Source: Gammaproteobacteria bacterium (GTDB lineage: Bacteria; Pseudomonadota; Gammaproteobacteria; CBDBNL01; G965229495). From it: DNA of 64,000 bases. The stretch covers positions 2,601,595 to 2,665,594 of the forward strand of contig OZ245880.1 of NCBI GenBank assembly GCA_965229495.1, written 5' to 3'. Of this stretch, positions 1-9,433 are shown one piece after another. A model generated the notes under the pieces. It was not told the DNA's origin, made no database searches, and was given only the letters and a program-made list of their open reading frames with translations. The translations under genes were made by a program, and so were the position numbers. The first letter of the stretch is position 1, and each line of letters starts with the position of its first letter.

Positions 1-93
1 CGTGATAGATAATCGCGCAGATTTGAGCGCCACCCGCGCCCAGGTTGTACAATTGCACCAATTCTTTCAGCAAATAAGCGCGGCAAAGCATAC

Positions 94-948
94 ATGAACT
101 GGTTAACCCGCAGCGTTGGCGGCCTCTTCAACACCAAGACCGAATCCAAAAGACAAGTAACCGAAGGCGTATGGAGCAAATGCAGCGAATGCCAGCAAAC
201 GCTGTACACCCCCGACTTGGAGCGCAACCTCTACGTCTGCAACCATTGCAACCACCATCAGCGCATCGGCGCGCGCCAGAGGCTCGAATACTTCCTCGAT
301 AATGGCGAATTCAACGAACTCGGCAACGAATACAGCACCACCGACCCGCTGAAATTCCGCGACTCCAAGCGCTACAAAGACCGCATCAGCGAAGCCAACA
401 AAAGCAGCAGCGAAAACGAAGCCCTGCTAGTCGGGCAAGGCAAGCTCGAAGGTAGAAACATCATCGCTTGCGCCTTTGAATTCCGCTTCCTCGGCGGCTC
501 CATGGGCCAAGTCGTCGGCGCGCGCTTTGTCGCCGCCGTCGAAGCCGCGATCAAGCAATCCGTACCCTTAGTTTGCTTCTCGGCCAGCGGCGGCGCGCGG
601 ATGCAGGAAGGCTTATTCTCGCTCATGCAAATGGCGCGCACCTCAGCCGCAGTCGCCAAAATGCGCGACAGCAAACTACCTTACATCTCCGTGCTCACCG
701 ACCCCACTTACGGCGGCGTCTCAGCCTCGCTAGCGCTGCTCGGCGACATTAACATCGCCGAACCCCGCGCCAACATCGGCTTCGCCGGCAAGCGCGTCAT
801 CGAGCAAACCGTGCGCCAGAAACTCCCCGAAGACTTTCAGCGCAGCGAATTCCTGCTCGAGCACGGCGCCATCGACATGATCGTCAACCGCAAGCACCTC
901 CGCCCACGCATAGCCAACCTCCTCAATATGCTAATGCACGCTCGGTAA
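94..948 (+). CDS. accD: Acetyl-CoA carboxylase carboxyltransferase beta subunit
   Basis: N-terminal C4 zinc finger (WSKCSEC...VCNHC), [35 protein letters not shown] motifs. Confidence 0.97.
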   Translation: MNWLTRSVGGLFNTKTESKRQVTEGVWSKCSECQQTLYTPDLERNLYVCNHCNHHQRIGARQRLEYFLDNGEFNELGNEYSTTDPLKFRDSKRYKDRISEANKSSSENEALLVGQGKLEGRNIIACAFEFRFLGGSMGQVVGARFVAAVEAAIKQSVPLVCFSASGGARMQEGLFSLMQMARTSAAVAKMRDSKLPYISVLTDPTYGGVSASLALLGDINIAEPRANIGFAGKRVIEQTVRQKLPEDFQRSEFLLEHGAIDMIVNRKHLRPRIANLLNMLMHAR

Positions 949-991
949 ATCCGAACTTGAAGGGCTTAACGATATCAACAAGAAACTAATC

Positions 992-3637
992 ATGAGCAAC
1001 CAACCCGAACTAGACGCCCTCGAAGTCGCCGAATGGGAACAAGCCTTTAACGACGTCCTGCAGCATTCCGGCCCCGAGGTCGCGCGCCAGCTACTGAGCA
1101 AACTATCAGACCTGGCAGCCAAATCCGGCATCGAGCGCCCATTCTCGATCAACACCCCCTACTGCAACAGCATCTCCGAGCGCGACGAACCACCCTACCC
1201 GGGCGAAATCTACCTAGAGCGCGAACTGCGCTCGGCGATCCGCTGGAACGCCATGGCGATGGTCATGCGCGCCAACCGCCAGGACTCCAGCATCGGCGGC
1301 CACATCTCGACCTTCATGTCGATCACCACCCTCCAAGAAGTCGGCTTTAACCACTTCTTCCACGCCCCCAGCGCCGACAGCCTCGGCGACCTCGTCTTTT
1401 TCCAGGGGCACTCGGCGCCCGGCGTCTACGCGCGCTCCTTCCTCGAAGGCCGTTTAGAGGAGCAAGACCTCAATCACTTCCGCAAAGAAACCCGCGAGCA
1501 CCCGGGGCTATCGTCGTACCCGCACCCCTGGCTAATGCCCGACTACTGGCAATTCCCCACCGTATCCATGGGCTTAGGCCCGATGCAAGCCATCTACCAG
1601 GCGCACGTCCGCCGTTATTTGCACAACCGCGGACTCATCGACGAAGCTGGCCGCAAAGTCTGGTGCTTTGTCGGCGATGGCGAAACCGACGAACCGGAAA
1701 CCCTCGGCTCCATCGCCCTCGCTGGCCGTGAAAAGCTCGACAACCTGGTCTTCGTCGTCAATTGCAACCTGCAGCGCCTCGATGGCCCGGTGCGCGGCAA
1801 CGGCAAAATCATCCAGGAGCTCGAAGGCGTGTTTCGCGGCGCCGGCTGGAACGTCATCAAAGTCATCTGGGGCAAATACTGGGATAACCTCTTCCAGCGC
1901 GACAGCAACGGCCTCCTGCAAAAGCTCATGGATAAAACCGTCGACGGCGAATATCAGAACTTCAAAAACAAAGGCGGCGCTTACACCCGCGAGCACCTCT
2001 TCGGCAAACACCCCGAGCTCCTGCAACTGGTCGCCAACATGAGCGACGACGACATCGCCCGCCTCAACCGCGGCGGCCACGACGTCAACAAAGTCTACGC
2101 CGCGTACCACCGCGCCTGGCACCACAGCGGCCAGCCCACCGTCATCCTCGCCAAAACCATCAAAGGCTACGGCACCCCCGCCGAAGCCGAAAACATCGCG
2201 CACTCGGTCAAGAAGTACGACCTCGACGGCCTCAAGCGCTTCCGCGACCGCTTTGAGATACCGATAGCCGACGAGCAACTACCCGACCTGCCGTACTACA
2301 AACCCGCAGCCGACTCGCCCGCGATGCGCTATCTGCAAGAACGGCGTCAGCAGCTCGGCGGTTATCTACCGCAGCGCAGCGACCAATTCACCGCCTTGCC
2401 CGCCCCCGAACTCGAGCTCTTCAGAAATCTCCTTGACGGCAGCAAAGACCGCGAAATCTCCACCACCATGGCGTTCGTGCGCGCGCTCACCGCGCTCACC
2501 AAAGATAAGAGCATCGGCGAGCGCATCGTCCCCATAGTCCCGGATGAAGCCCGCACCTTCGGCATGGAAGGCATGTTCCGCAGCTTGAGCATCTACACCT
2601 CCGACGGCCAGAAATACGTCCCGCAAGACTCCGAAAGCGTCATGTATTACCGCGAAAGCAAGCAAGGGCAAATACTCCAGGAAGGCATCAACGAAGCCGG
2701 CGCCATGTCGGCGTGGATCGCCGCTGCCACCAGCGCCGTCAACAATAATTGCCCGCTCGTACCCTTTTACATCTTCTATTCGATGTTCGGCTTTCAAAGA
2801 GTCGGCGACTTTGCCTGGGCGGCCGGCGACCAGCGCGCGCGCGGCTTTCTCATCGGCGCCACCGCTGGCCGCACCACCCTCGCCGGCGAAGGTCTACAGC
2901 ACGGCGACGGCCACAGCCACGTCTTCGCCTCGGTCATACCCAACTGCATAGCCTACGACCCAGCCTATGCTTACGAATTAGCCGTAATAATCCAGGATGG
3001 CATGAGGCGTATGTACCAGGAGCAAGAATCGGTGTACTACTACGTAACCGTGAGCAACGAAAACTACCCGCAGCCGGCGCTCCCCGAAGGCGCGCAAGAG
3101 GGCATCCTGCGCGGCATGTACCAGGTGCAGGCAGCTCAGAAACCGCGCGTGCGCTTACTCGGCTCCGGCCCCATATTGCGCGAAACCTTAGCTGCCAGCG
3201 AACTACTACGCCAACGCTTCGACATCGCCAGCAGCGTCTTCTCGGTAACCAGTTACACCGAGCTCAACCGCGACGCCGCAGCCAAAGAGCGCGCAGCCCT
3301 AATGCAAGGCCAGGCATCTGCTGAGCCCAGCCACATCCAAAGCTGCCTCGGCGCCAGCAGCGCGCCGGTAATCGCCGCCAGCGACTACATCCGCGCCCAT
3401 AGCGAGCAAGTGCGCCGCTTCATCAAAGCGCCTTATTACACCCTGGGCACCGACGGCTTCGGCCGCTCCGACACTCGCTCGGCGCTGCGCAGCTTCTTTG
3501 AGATCGACGCCGCGCACATCGCCTATTGCGCGCTCTACGCGCTCATGCAATCGGGCTCCATCAGCGCCCAGCAGCTCGTTGAGGCGCGCGCGCAGCTAGG
3601 CGTCAACGCCAATAAGAACAACCCCATGCACCTCTAA
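992..3637 (+). CDS. aceE: Pyruvate dehydrogenase E1 component (homodimeric type)
   Basis: 881 aa; GGHIS, YPHPWLMPDYWQFPTVSMGLG, TPP-binding GDGE...NCNLQRLDGPV, GEGLQH motifs. Confidence 0.97.
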   Translation: MSNQPELDALEVAEWEQAFNDVLQHSGPEVARQLLSKLSDLAAKSGIERPFSINTPYCNSISERDEPPYPGEIYLERELRSAIRWNAMAMVMRANRQDSSIGGHISTFMSITTLQEVGFNHFFHAPSADSLGDLVFFQGHSAPGVYARSFLEGRLEEQDLNHFRKETREHPGLSSYPHPWLMPDYWQFPTVSMGLGPMQAIYQAHVRRYLHNRGLIDEAGRKVWCFVGDGETDEPETLGSIALAGREKLDNLVFVVNCNLQRLDGPVRGNGKIIQELEGVFRGAGWNVIKVIWGKYWDNLFQRDSNGLLQKLMDKTVDGEYQNFKNKGGAYTREHLFGKHPELLQLVANMSDDDIARLNRGGHDVNKVYAAYHRAWHHSGQPTVILAKTIKGYGTPAEAENIAHSVKKYDLDGLKRFRDRFEIPIADEQLPDLPYYKPAADSPAMRYLQERRQQLGGYLPQRSDQFTALPAPELELFRNLLDGSKDREISTTMAFVRALTALTKDKSIGERIVPIVPDEARTFGMEGMFRSLSIYTSDGQKYVPQDSESVMYYRESKQGQILQEGINEAGAMSAWIAAATSAVNNNCPLVPFYIFYSMFGFQRVGDFAWAAGDQRARGFLIGATAGRTTLAGEGLQHGDGHSHVFASVIPNCIAYDPAYAYELAVIIQDGMRRMYQEQESVYYYVTVSNENYPQPALPEGAQEGILRGMYQVQAAQKPRVRLLGSGPILRETLAASELLRQRFDIASSVFSVTSYTELNRDAAAKERAALMQGQASAEPSHIQSCLGASSAPVIAASDYIRAHSEQVRRFIKAPYYTLGTDGFGRSDTRSALRSFFEIDAAHIAYCALYALMQSGSISAQQLVEARAQLGVNANKNNPMHL

Positions 3638-3650
3638 GAGGCTGGCAGTA

Positions 3651-5372
3651 ATGAATAGCAAACTAATAATCCCCGATCTTGGCGTCGACGCCGCCGAAGT
3701 AGTCGAGATTGCCGTCAAAGTTGGCGACAGCATCCAAGCCGAGCAAGACATCCTGACCCTGGAGACCGACAAAGCCTCCATGGAAGTACCCGCCAGCGTC
3801 GGCGGCACCATAAGCGAACTCAGCATCGCCGTCGGCGACAGCGTCACCAGCGGCCAAATCATCGGCCAAGTCTCTGGGAGCACCGAGTTGCCCACTGGGA
3901 GCGCCGAGTTGTACTCGGCAGGGGAAGACAAGGGGAAGGCTGGGAGCGCCGAGTTGTACTCGGCAAGGGAAGCCAAGGAGAAAACCGGGAGCACCAAGTC
4001 CCACCCACCAAAGAAACACCAAGCAAAAGCCGAAGCCCCCACCGCCATCCCCCTCGAACTCAGCGCCCCAGAAGCAACCACAGCCCAACTACTAATCCCC
4101 GACCTCGGCGTCGACTCCGCCGAAGTCGTTGAAATCGCCATCACAGTCGGCGACAGCATAGAGCCCGAGCAAGAAATACTCACCCTGGAAACCGACAAAG
4201 CCTCCATGGAAGTACCTGCCAACGTCGGCGGCACAGTCCAGGAACTCAGCATCGCCGTCGGCGACAGCGTCCACAGCGGCCAAGCCATAGGTTCAGTCCT
4301 GGGAGCGGGACTGGGAGCGCCGAGTTGTACTCGGCAGGGCAGCCAAGGGGCAACCAGGAGTGCCGAGTTGCCCGGGAGCACCGAGTCGCCTGGGAGCGCC
4401 GAGTTGTACTCGGCTGGGGAAGACAAAGGGAAGCCAAGGGAAGCAGAAACCCAAGAGCACCCACCCACCACCCCCCAAATCTACGCCGGTCCCGCCGTGC
4501 GCAAACTCGCCCGCGAGCTCGGCGTCGACCTCGGCCAAATCCAAGGCAGCGGCACCCGCGGCCGCATCGTCAAGCAAGACGTCCAAGCGCACGTCAAGCA
4601 ACGCCTACAGCAACCAGCCGCCCCAGCTCCGAGCAGCGCCCCAGCAGCAACGCCGCTGCCAGAGATAGACTTCAGCCAATTTGGCAGCTTAGAGGTCATC
4701 GCCATGAGCAAAGTGCAGCGCCTCACCGCCGCCGCCATGAGCAACTCATTGCAAGTCGCGCCGCAAGTCAGCCACCACGACAAAGCCGACATCACCGCGC
4801 TCGAGCAACTACGAAAAGACAGTAAAGAATTCGCCGCCGAGCACGGCGTCAAGCTCACCGCCTTACCCTTACTCATCAAAGCCTGCGCCCTCGCGCTGCA
4901 GCAATTCCCCGAATTCAACAGCTCGCTCGTTGGCGACAACATCATCCGCAAGCACTACATCCACATCGGCATCGCCGTCGACAGCCCGCACGGACTATTT
5001 GTCCCTGTAATTCGCGACGTGGATAAGAAAAGCGTCTTCGCCATCGCCCGCGAAGCTGCCGAGCTCGCCGCCAAAGCCCAGAGCAAAACCCTGAAACCCA
5101 CCGACATGCAAGGCGGCTGCTTCTCCATCTCCAGCCTCGGCGCCCTTGGTGGCGAGTACTTCACCCCCATCGTCAACTGGCCCGAAGCCGCCATCTTGGG
5201 CGTATGCCAGGCGCGAATGCAGCCAGTCCACATTGCTGGCGAATTCTCAGCTCGCCTCATGCTCCCGCTATCGCTATCCTACGACCACCGCCTCATCAAC
5301 GGCGCCGCTGCCGCCCGCTTCACCAACCACCTAATCAAGCTATTAGCGCAACCCAGCTTCATAATGGCTTGA
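3651..5372 (+). CDS. aceF: Pyruvate dehydrogenase E2 dihydrolipoamide acetyltransferase with two lipoyl domains; linkers contain in-frame palindromic repeats
   Basis: Two ETDKASME lipoyl motifs, E3-binding AGPAVRKLARELGVDL, catalytic SYDHRLING; follows aceE. Confidence 0.95.
   Translation: MNSKLIIPDLGVDAAEVVEIAVKVGDSIQAEQDILTLETDKASMEVPASVGGTISELSIAVGDSVTSGQIIGQVSGSTELPTGSAELYSAGEDKGKAGSAELYSAREAKEKTGSTKSHPPKKHQAKAEAPTAIPLELSAPEATTAQLLIPDLGVDSAEVVEIAITVGDSIEPEQEILTLETDKASMEVPANVGGTVQELSIAVGDSVHSGQAIGSVLGAGLGAPSCTRQGSQGATRSAELPGSTESPGSAELYSAGEDKGKPREAETQEHPPTTPQIYAGPAVRKLARELGVDLGQIQGSGTRGRIVKQDVQAHVKQRLQQPAAPAPSSAPAATPLPEIDFSQFGSLEVIAMSKVQRLTAAAMSNSLQVAPQVSHHDKADITALEQLRKDSKEFAAEHGVKLTALPLLIKACALALQQFPEFNSSLVGDNIIRKHYIHIGIAVDSPHGLFVPVIRDVDKKSVFAIAREAAELAAKAQSKTLKPTDMQGGCFSISSLGALGGEYFTPIVNWPEAAILGVCQARMQPVHIAGEFSARLMLPLSLSYDHRLINGAAAARFTNHLIKLLAQPSFIMA
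3874..4414 (+). repeat. Cluster of REP-like 25-nt hairpin repeats CTGGGAGCGCCGAGTTGTACTCGGC inside aceF
   Basis: Identical copies at 3895-3919, 3940-3964, 4311-4335, 4390-4414 (stem GCCGAGT/ACTCGGC, loop TGT); partial copies near 3874, 3985, 4299, 4354, 4372. Confidence 0.9.
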
Positions 5373-5397
5373 CCGTAAAACTCCGAGCTCATACAAT
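5369..5397 (+). promoter_or_regulatory. Putative sigma70 promoter of ssrA
   Basis: TTGACC-17 nt-TACAAT, 17 nt upstream of the tmRNA 5' end. Confidence 0.7.
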
Positions 5398-5414
5398 AGC
5401 GCCTCACACCACAT

Positions 5415-5786
5415 GGGGGCGTTCTTGGATTCGACGTGGTCTAAGAAGCTTGATTGTGCATGCCGAGTTGCAAACCTATCTCGCTAAACTGGGTTTGAAA
5501 AAAGTAACCGCAGAAGACGAAAGTTACGCTGACGAAAGTTACGCATTAGTGGCGTAAACAACACACCACTTCCCCGAGTATTTATTGCTTGTGGTTCATA
5601 CCGCGGGGTCATATACATAAGCTAGCGCTGAAACCGGTCTGAGTACTTAGCGTGAAATCTATCAGACACAGCTCTCGGATTTGTCGCCCAAACCATCACC
5701 GCGAGTTCCACCAGTTTGGGCTAAGCATGTAGATCAACAAGCCGACCAGACTGCGGACGGGGGTTCGACTCCCCCCGCCTCCACCA
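5415..5786 (+). ncRNA. ssrA: tmRNA; tag peptide (A)AEDESYADESYALVA at 5510-5557
   Basis: 5' GGGGGCGTTCTTGGATTCGAC; 3' GGGGTTCGACTCCCCCCGCCTCCACCA with G3-U Ala acceptor pair; tag reading frame ending YALVA-stop. Confidence 0.97.
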
Positions 5787-5789
5787 GTT

Positions 5790-5814
5790 TAGCACACCAT
5801 AGCACACCATAGCA
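5790..5814. repeat. 10-nt tandem repeat (TAGCACACCA)x2.5 right after tmRNA
   Basis: tagcacacca tagcacacca tagca. Confidence 0.8.
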
Positions 5815-5884
5815 AGCCGGTTGCAGTGGCGTTTCCCTTTGAACGCATAGTATTGTGATGGCCTGTGGGAGAGTCAATATCTCG

Positions 5885-6886
5885 TCATGCGGATAATTTT
5901 TTGTCTACATAGGCTAATATACCTTTAGCTGCTTCACTAACTACTGGTCGACCAGAATGCTGCTCTGCTTGAAGAAATCCCCCCACATTGAGAGTGTTTA
6001 TTTCTGACAACATACGCACGTTGTTATCATCGATCAGCGTATCAAATCCAAAAACAGGAACACCATGCTCCATCATTGTTGGTGATATCTCATCTGCAAT
6101 AGCATATTCCTTTGAGGTAATGTCACAGAAATCAGTTGTACCTCCTTGAGTCATATTTGCGAGCCATGAGCCCTTTTTAGGAAAGCGAATCATAGCACCT
6201 AGCACTTTACCATTTACCACCACAACTCTCTTATCTCCTAAATGAACGTTTTTAAGGTACTTCATGGCTAACATGGGGCCATGTTCTTTTAGCCGCACCT
6301 CTAAATCGCCAAAAAAATCATCAAAAAATGTTTCTCTGAGACCATCCCAAACTCTATTCCCATCAATTCTGATAAGCCCCTTGCCACCATAGCCATCTAA
6401 TGGCTTTAAAACAATGGGGTAATCCAAGATGGCAGATTTGATGTCTTGCATATTTTCACAAAGCCTCATCGATGGGCACAAATTAGGAAAGCGCAATAAA
6501 AAATATTTCGAAGCTGTAATGCGGACACCTTCAGGATTATTTATGATTAGTTTTGAAGAGAATCGCATACTTAATGAATCGAGAAAATCATCTGAAACTG
6601 GTCGGTCTAAACGAACAAACAGCACATCAAAATCATCAGGGCCTATATTTATAAGTTTATTTCTAAACCAATCTCCTGACTCACTGTATTGAAAATTGTC
6701 ATCAACACACCTTGCCATAACATCTGTACGAACTGATGGAGTGAAAAAAAAAGTATTAATATCTAAACCTCTACTTGCCACGCAGATTGACTCACATCTT
6801 CGATCTCCAGCCATACTCCTTAATAACGCATAGATTGACTCTCCTTCTCCATGCGTAGCATGATCCGTTATTGCTAAAATTCTCAT
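5885..6886 (-). CDS. Glutathione-synthetase-like ATP-grasp ligase with divergent N-terminus (ATG at 6886; alternative TTG at 6892)
   Basis: GshB/RimK-type motifs FVRLDRP, INNPEGVR, VLKPLDGYGGKG, GDKRVVVVNG, ANMTQGG, GFD...SEIN; AT-rich DNA. Confidence 0.85.
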   Translation of the reverse strand: MRILAITDHATHGEGESIYALLRSMAGDRRCESICVASRGLDINTFFFTPSVRTDVMARCVDDNFQYSESGDWFRNKLINIGPDDFDVLFVRLDRPVSDDFLDSLSMRFSSKLIINNPEGVRITASKYFLLRFPNLCPSMRLCENMQDIKSAILDYPIVLKPLDGYGGKGLIRIDGNRVWDGLRETFFDDFFGDLEVRLKEHGPMLAMKYLKNVHLGDKRVVVVNGKVLGAMIRFPKKGSWLANMTQGGTTDFCDITSKEYAIADEISPTMMEHGVPVFGFDTLIDDNNVRMLSEINTLNVGGFLQAEQHSGRPVVSEAAKGILAYVDKKLSA

Positions 6887-6901
6887 AGCCAATTTTAGTC
6901 G

Positions 6902-8785
6902 CTATTCATCAATTTCGTCACCATCAATTTCACCGTCATCGATTTCATCGCTAATTTCGTGCCCAATAAGTGAATGGCAATCGGGATCTTTCAGCAAATT
7001 TGCTAGATGCTGACCATCAGGATCATAATAACGCAATTTACCAAGCCAATCTTTCACCCGCTTTTTTTCTTCATCACTTAGACTTTTTTCTTCAGCATTT
7101 AATTTGTCATAATAACTTTTTTTAATACCATAAGCACAAATGCCTTGGTAGTATATTGATCGGCGCAGAGGGGGAGTGAGTCCTCTTGTCTTAGAGTCAT
7201 GTTTACCTATCTCACGCTTGTCTATTTTCAAGATCAAATCTTCTGCCCCATTAACAACTTTAACCACTAATTGAATTGCTCGTAAAGCGCTATCCTTGTC
7301 AGACTCATTGCTATTGCTTTCCCATTGCAATAAATTAAGCTTGGCTTTCGCTATAAGTAGCCCAGCAAATCTCCGCAGGGCTTGCATAATTGCGTTAGGT
7401 GTGCCTTCTTTTGTAAATTTATCTGTTAATTTTCCTGTCTTTTTATTAATAAGGCCTTCTAAAAATATAAAGCCTTTATTAAAATTACTGCGTGCCTCTT
7501 TAAATCTTCCGTTATCTCGATTAATAACGCCCCATTTCCAGCTCATTTCAGCATCAAGAACCTTGTATTCATCGTCATCTATTGGCTCGCGCACACTGCG
7601 CATAATGTTGTGGAGGTCTTGATGCATTCCAGTTGTAAGTCTATTATTACTACCTTGTATGACTGAGTCATAGAATCTCTTTGGTAGGTTTTTTTCATGT
7701 GGCCTTGTAAAGGTATAGGGGAGAGGACACTCGCACGAACGAAAGATTTTTTCCATCAATTCGTCGAAAGTTGAAATTTCATAGAGATATATATCTCCTC
7801 TGTAATTTGACACTAAGCGCTTTAGTTCTTCTCCTATTTCCAATTCACTGGTTACAGGGTTCCTGTACAAACACCAATGGAGTCCTAAAGTAAGATAACC
7901 TGGTTTTCTGAGCATATCTCGTAATGGAGCCATGATTGACTCATCATTTCCAGAGTAACCTACTATTATCAATCCAGCATCCTTACAAGACTCGTACAGT
8001 TTTCTTTCCATGTTCTCCTCAAGAGCATGCACCTCACTGCGAATATTTTTAATATTATTGTAAAGGTAATCTCCATGCAACTTAATTATTTTGGCCCTTT
8101 TGCCCGCCATACGAGCGCCCGCGACAGCTGAATCAAACGAGTAAACCACTGGGCGTGCCTCATAATAGTGTATGAGAGCATCGCTTAATAATTCATCAAA
8201 ATTCGTAGTCAGCACACGATTAAAGCGCTTGTCACTTATTAAACCAGCCAAGTATAAGTAGCCAAATGCCGGACGGACATCCTTAATTAATTTCTCTATG
8301 TAAAGTTGTCTCTCAGCTGGCTTGGCCACGAAATAGCTAAACAAGGCTCCATAATCACTATCATCTCTGTCAATTTTTGATTGAGCTTCTTTTTTAGATC
8401 TCCAGAGATCAAATTCTTTTTCCTTCCAGCGCTTAAATTCATCATCATCTGAACTTATATTAGTAGTGCCTGATTTGTCATTTCCAGGTGTTGCATTTTC
8501 ATCACCACAACTCATGCCCAAATTATCAGTGTTTGATTTTTTAGTCTTCTCCTCATCATACACCTTACGTTTCCATTCATTGACCATAGCGCTAGATGAC
8601 TTGACTCCAGAGCTTGTCGAGGCTCCAGCACCAAGAAACAATGTGTACGGAAACTCACCCCGCTCTGGAATTACAATTTTTTCCACAAGAATAGACACGG
8701 GGTTGACATGAACACCATCTACAACATCAGTGTCGGATACTTTGACCACATGCGTTTTCGGTCTTTGATTATGAGATATTTCCAT
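6902..8785 (-). CDS. SIR2-family (SIR2_2-type) putative NADase with helical C-terminal region and acidic tail
   Basis: LFLGAGASTSSG, VLTTNFD, IKLHG, IVGYSGND motifs; AT-rich; C-terminus DEIDDGEIDGDEIDE. Confidence 0.88.
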   Translation of the reverse strand: MEISHNQRPKTHVVKVSDTDVVDGVHVNPVSILVEKIVIPERGEFPYTLFLGAGASTSSGVKSSSAMVNEWKRKVYDEEKTKKSNTDNLGMSCGDENATPGNDKSGTTNISSDDDEFKRWKEKEFDLWRSKKEAQSKIDRDDSDYGALFSYFVAKPAERQLYIEKLIKDVRPAFGYLYLAGLISDKRFNRVLTTNFDELLSDALIHYYEARPVVYSFDSAVAGARMAGKRAKIIKLHGDYLYNNIKNIRSEVHALEENMERKLYESCKDAGLIIVGYSGNDESIMAPLRDMLRKPGYLTLGLHWCLYRNPVTSELEIGEELKRLVSNYRGDIYLYEISTFDELMEKIFRSCECPLPYTFTRPHEKNLPKRFYDSVIQGSNNRLTTGMHQDLHNIMRSVREPIDDDEYKVLDAEMSWKWGVINRDNGRFKEARSNFNKGFIFLEGLINKKTGKLTDKFTKEGTPNAIMQALRRFAGLLIAKAKLNLLQWESNSNESDKDSALRAIQLVVKVVNGAEDLILKIDKREIGKHDSKTRGLTPPLRRSIYYQGICAYGIKKSYYDKLNAEEKSLSDEEKKRVKDWLGKLRYYDPDGQHLANLLKDPDCHSLIGHEISDEIDDGEIDGDEIDE

Positions 8786-8902
8786 GTTATAAATTATTAA
8801 TTTTGGTTATGCTGTAGATAAGTTTTATAAATTACTCACCACAATAATTAATCGCGTATCAATAGTAATCGCTTAAGAATTAATCAACCATAGAGGAGAT
8901 CG

Positions 8903-9058
8903 ATGATTCTTCGTCATACCAAACTAGTGATTTGTGAAATATCTCACTGTTGTGAATTAGTGGCAAGACCACCGTTGCGACGGAATTTACATATTTTAGC
9001 GGAGCGCAGGCGGCGGATGGCAGAGAATGTCAATGATAATCGTATATCGGCACCGTAG
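8903..9058 (+). CDS. Possible 51-aa small protein divergent from the SIR2 gene
   Basis: GAGGAG 4 nt before ATG at 8903; open to TAG at 9056-9058; no recognisable homology. Confidence 0.25.
   Translation: MILRHTKLVICEISHCCELVARPPLRRNLHILAERRRRMAENVNDNRISAP
8933..8948. promoter_or_regulatory. CRP/FNR-family-like palindromic site upstream of the SIR2 gene
   Basis: TGTGA-AATATC-TCACT, one mismatch to TGTGA-N6-TCACA, in AT-rich DNA. Confidence 0.3.
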
Positions 9059-9433
9059 GCTCATCACCCCACATCCCGCCACCACAAGAGCACAGACCCT
9101 CTTCAACACTGGCCATGCCCATCTTGCTGCTGAGCGGTATCGCAACAGCAACCAAACCTATGCGCTCAATCTGAGCAGCATAGCTCAACCATCCTGCACC
9201 GGTCAACCAAGGCGCACAGAACACAAACCAACGGCACAGCCAGGCTTCAACAGGCGTCTCATATCCAATCAAACAACCTAGCCACCCAACTACGACCCGC
9301 CGACCTGTACAATAACCACCCACCCCAAGCAAACCCATACGCCATAACCACCCATCAAGCCATCCACGATGATTACCAGCCCAGCCCTCAATTCTTCGAC
9401 ATACCTCTGAATAACCACACAAAAGCGCTAGCT

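Noticed and set aside
3874-4414. aceF repeats as a CRISPR array
   Set aside because: Irregular spacing, non-unique spacers, inside an intact essential ORF, no cas genes
5204-5557. 117-aa ORF ending ...ADESYALVA
   Set aside because: It is the tmRNA tag frame extended upstream by chance; overlaps aceF and ssrA
5885-6886. Calling the ATP-grasp gene gshB
   Set aside because: N-terminal domain and substrate-loop motifs differ from canonical GshB and the gene lies in a foreign AT-rich cassette; symbol withheld
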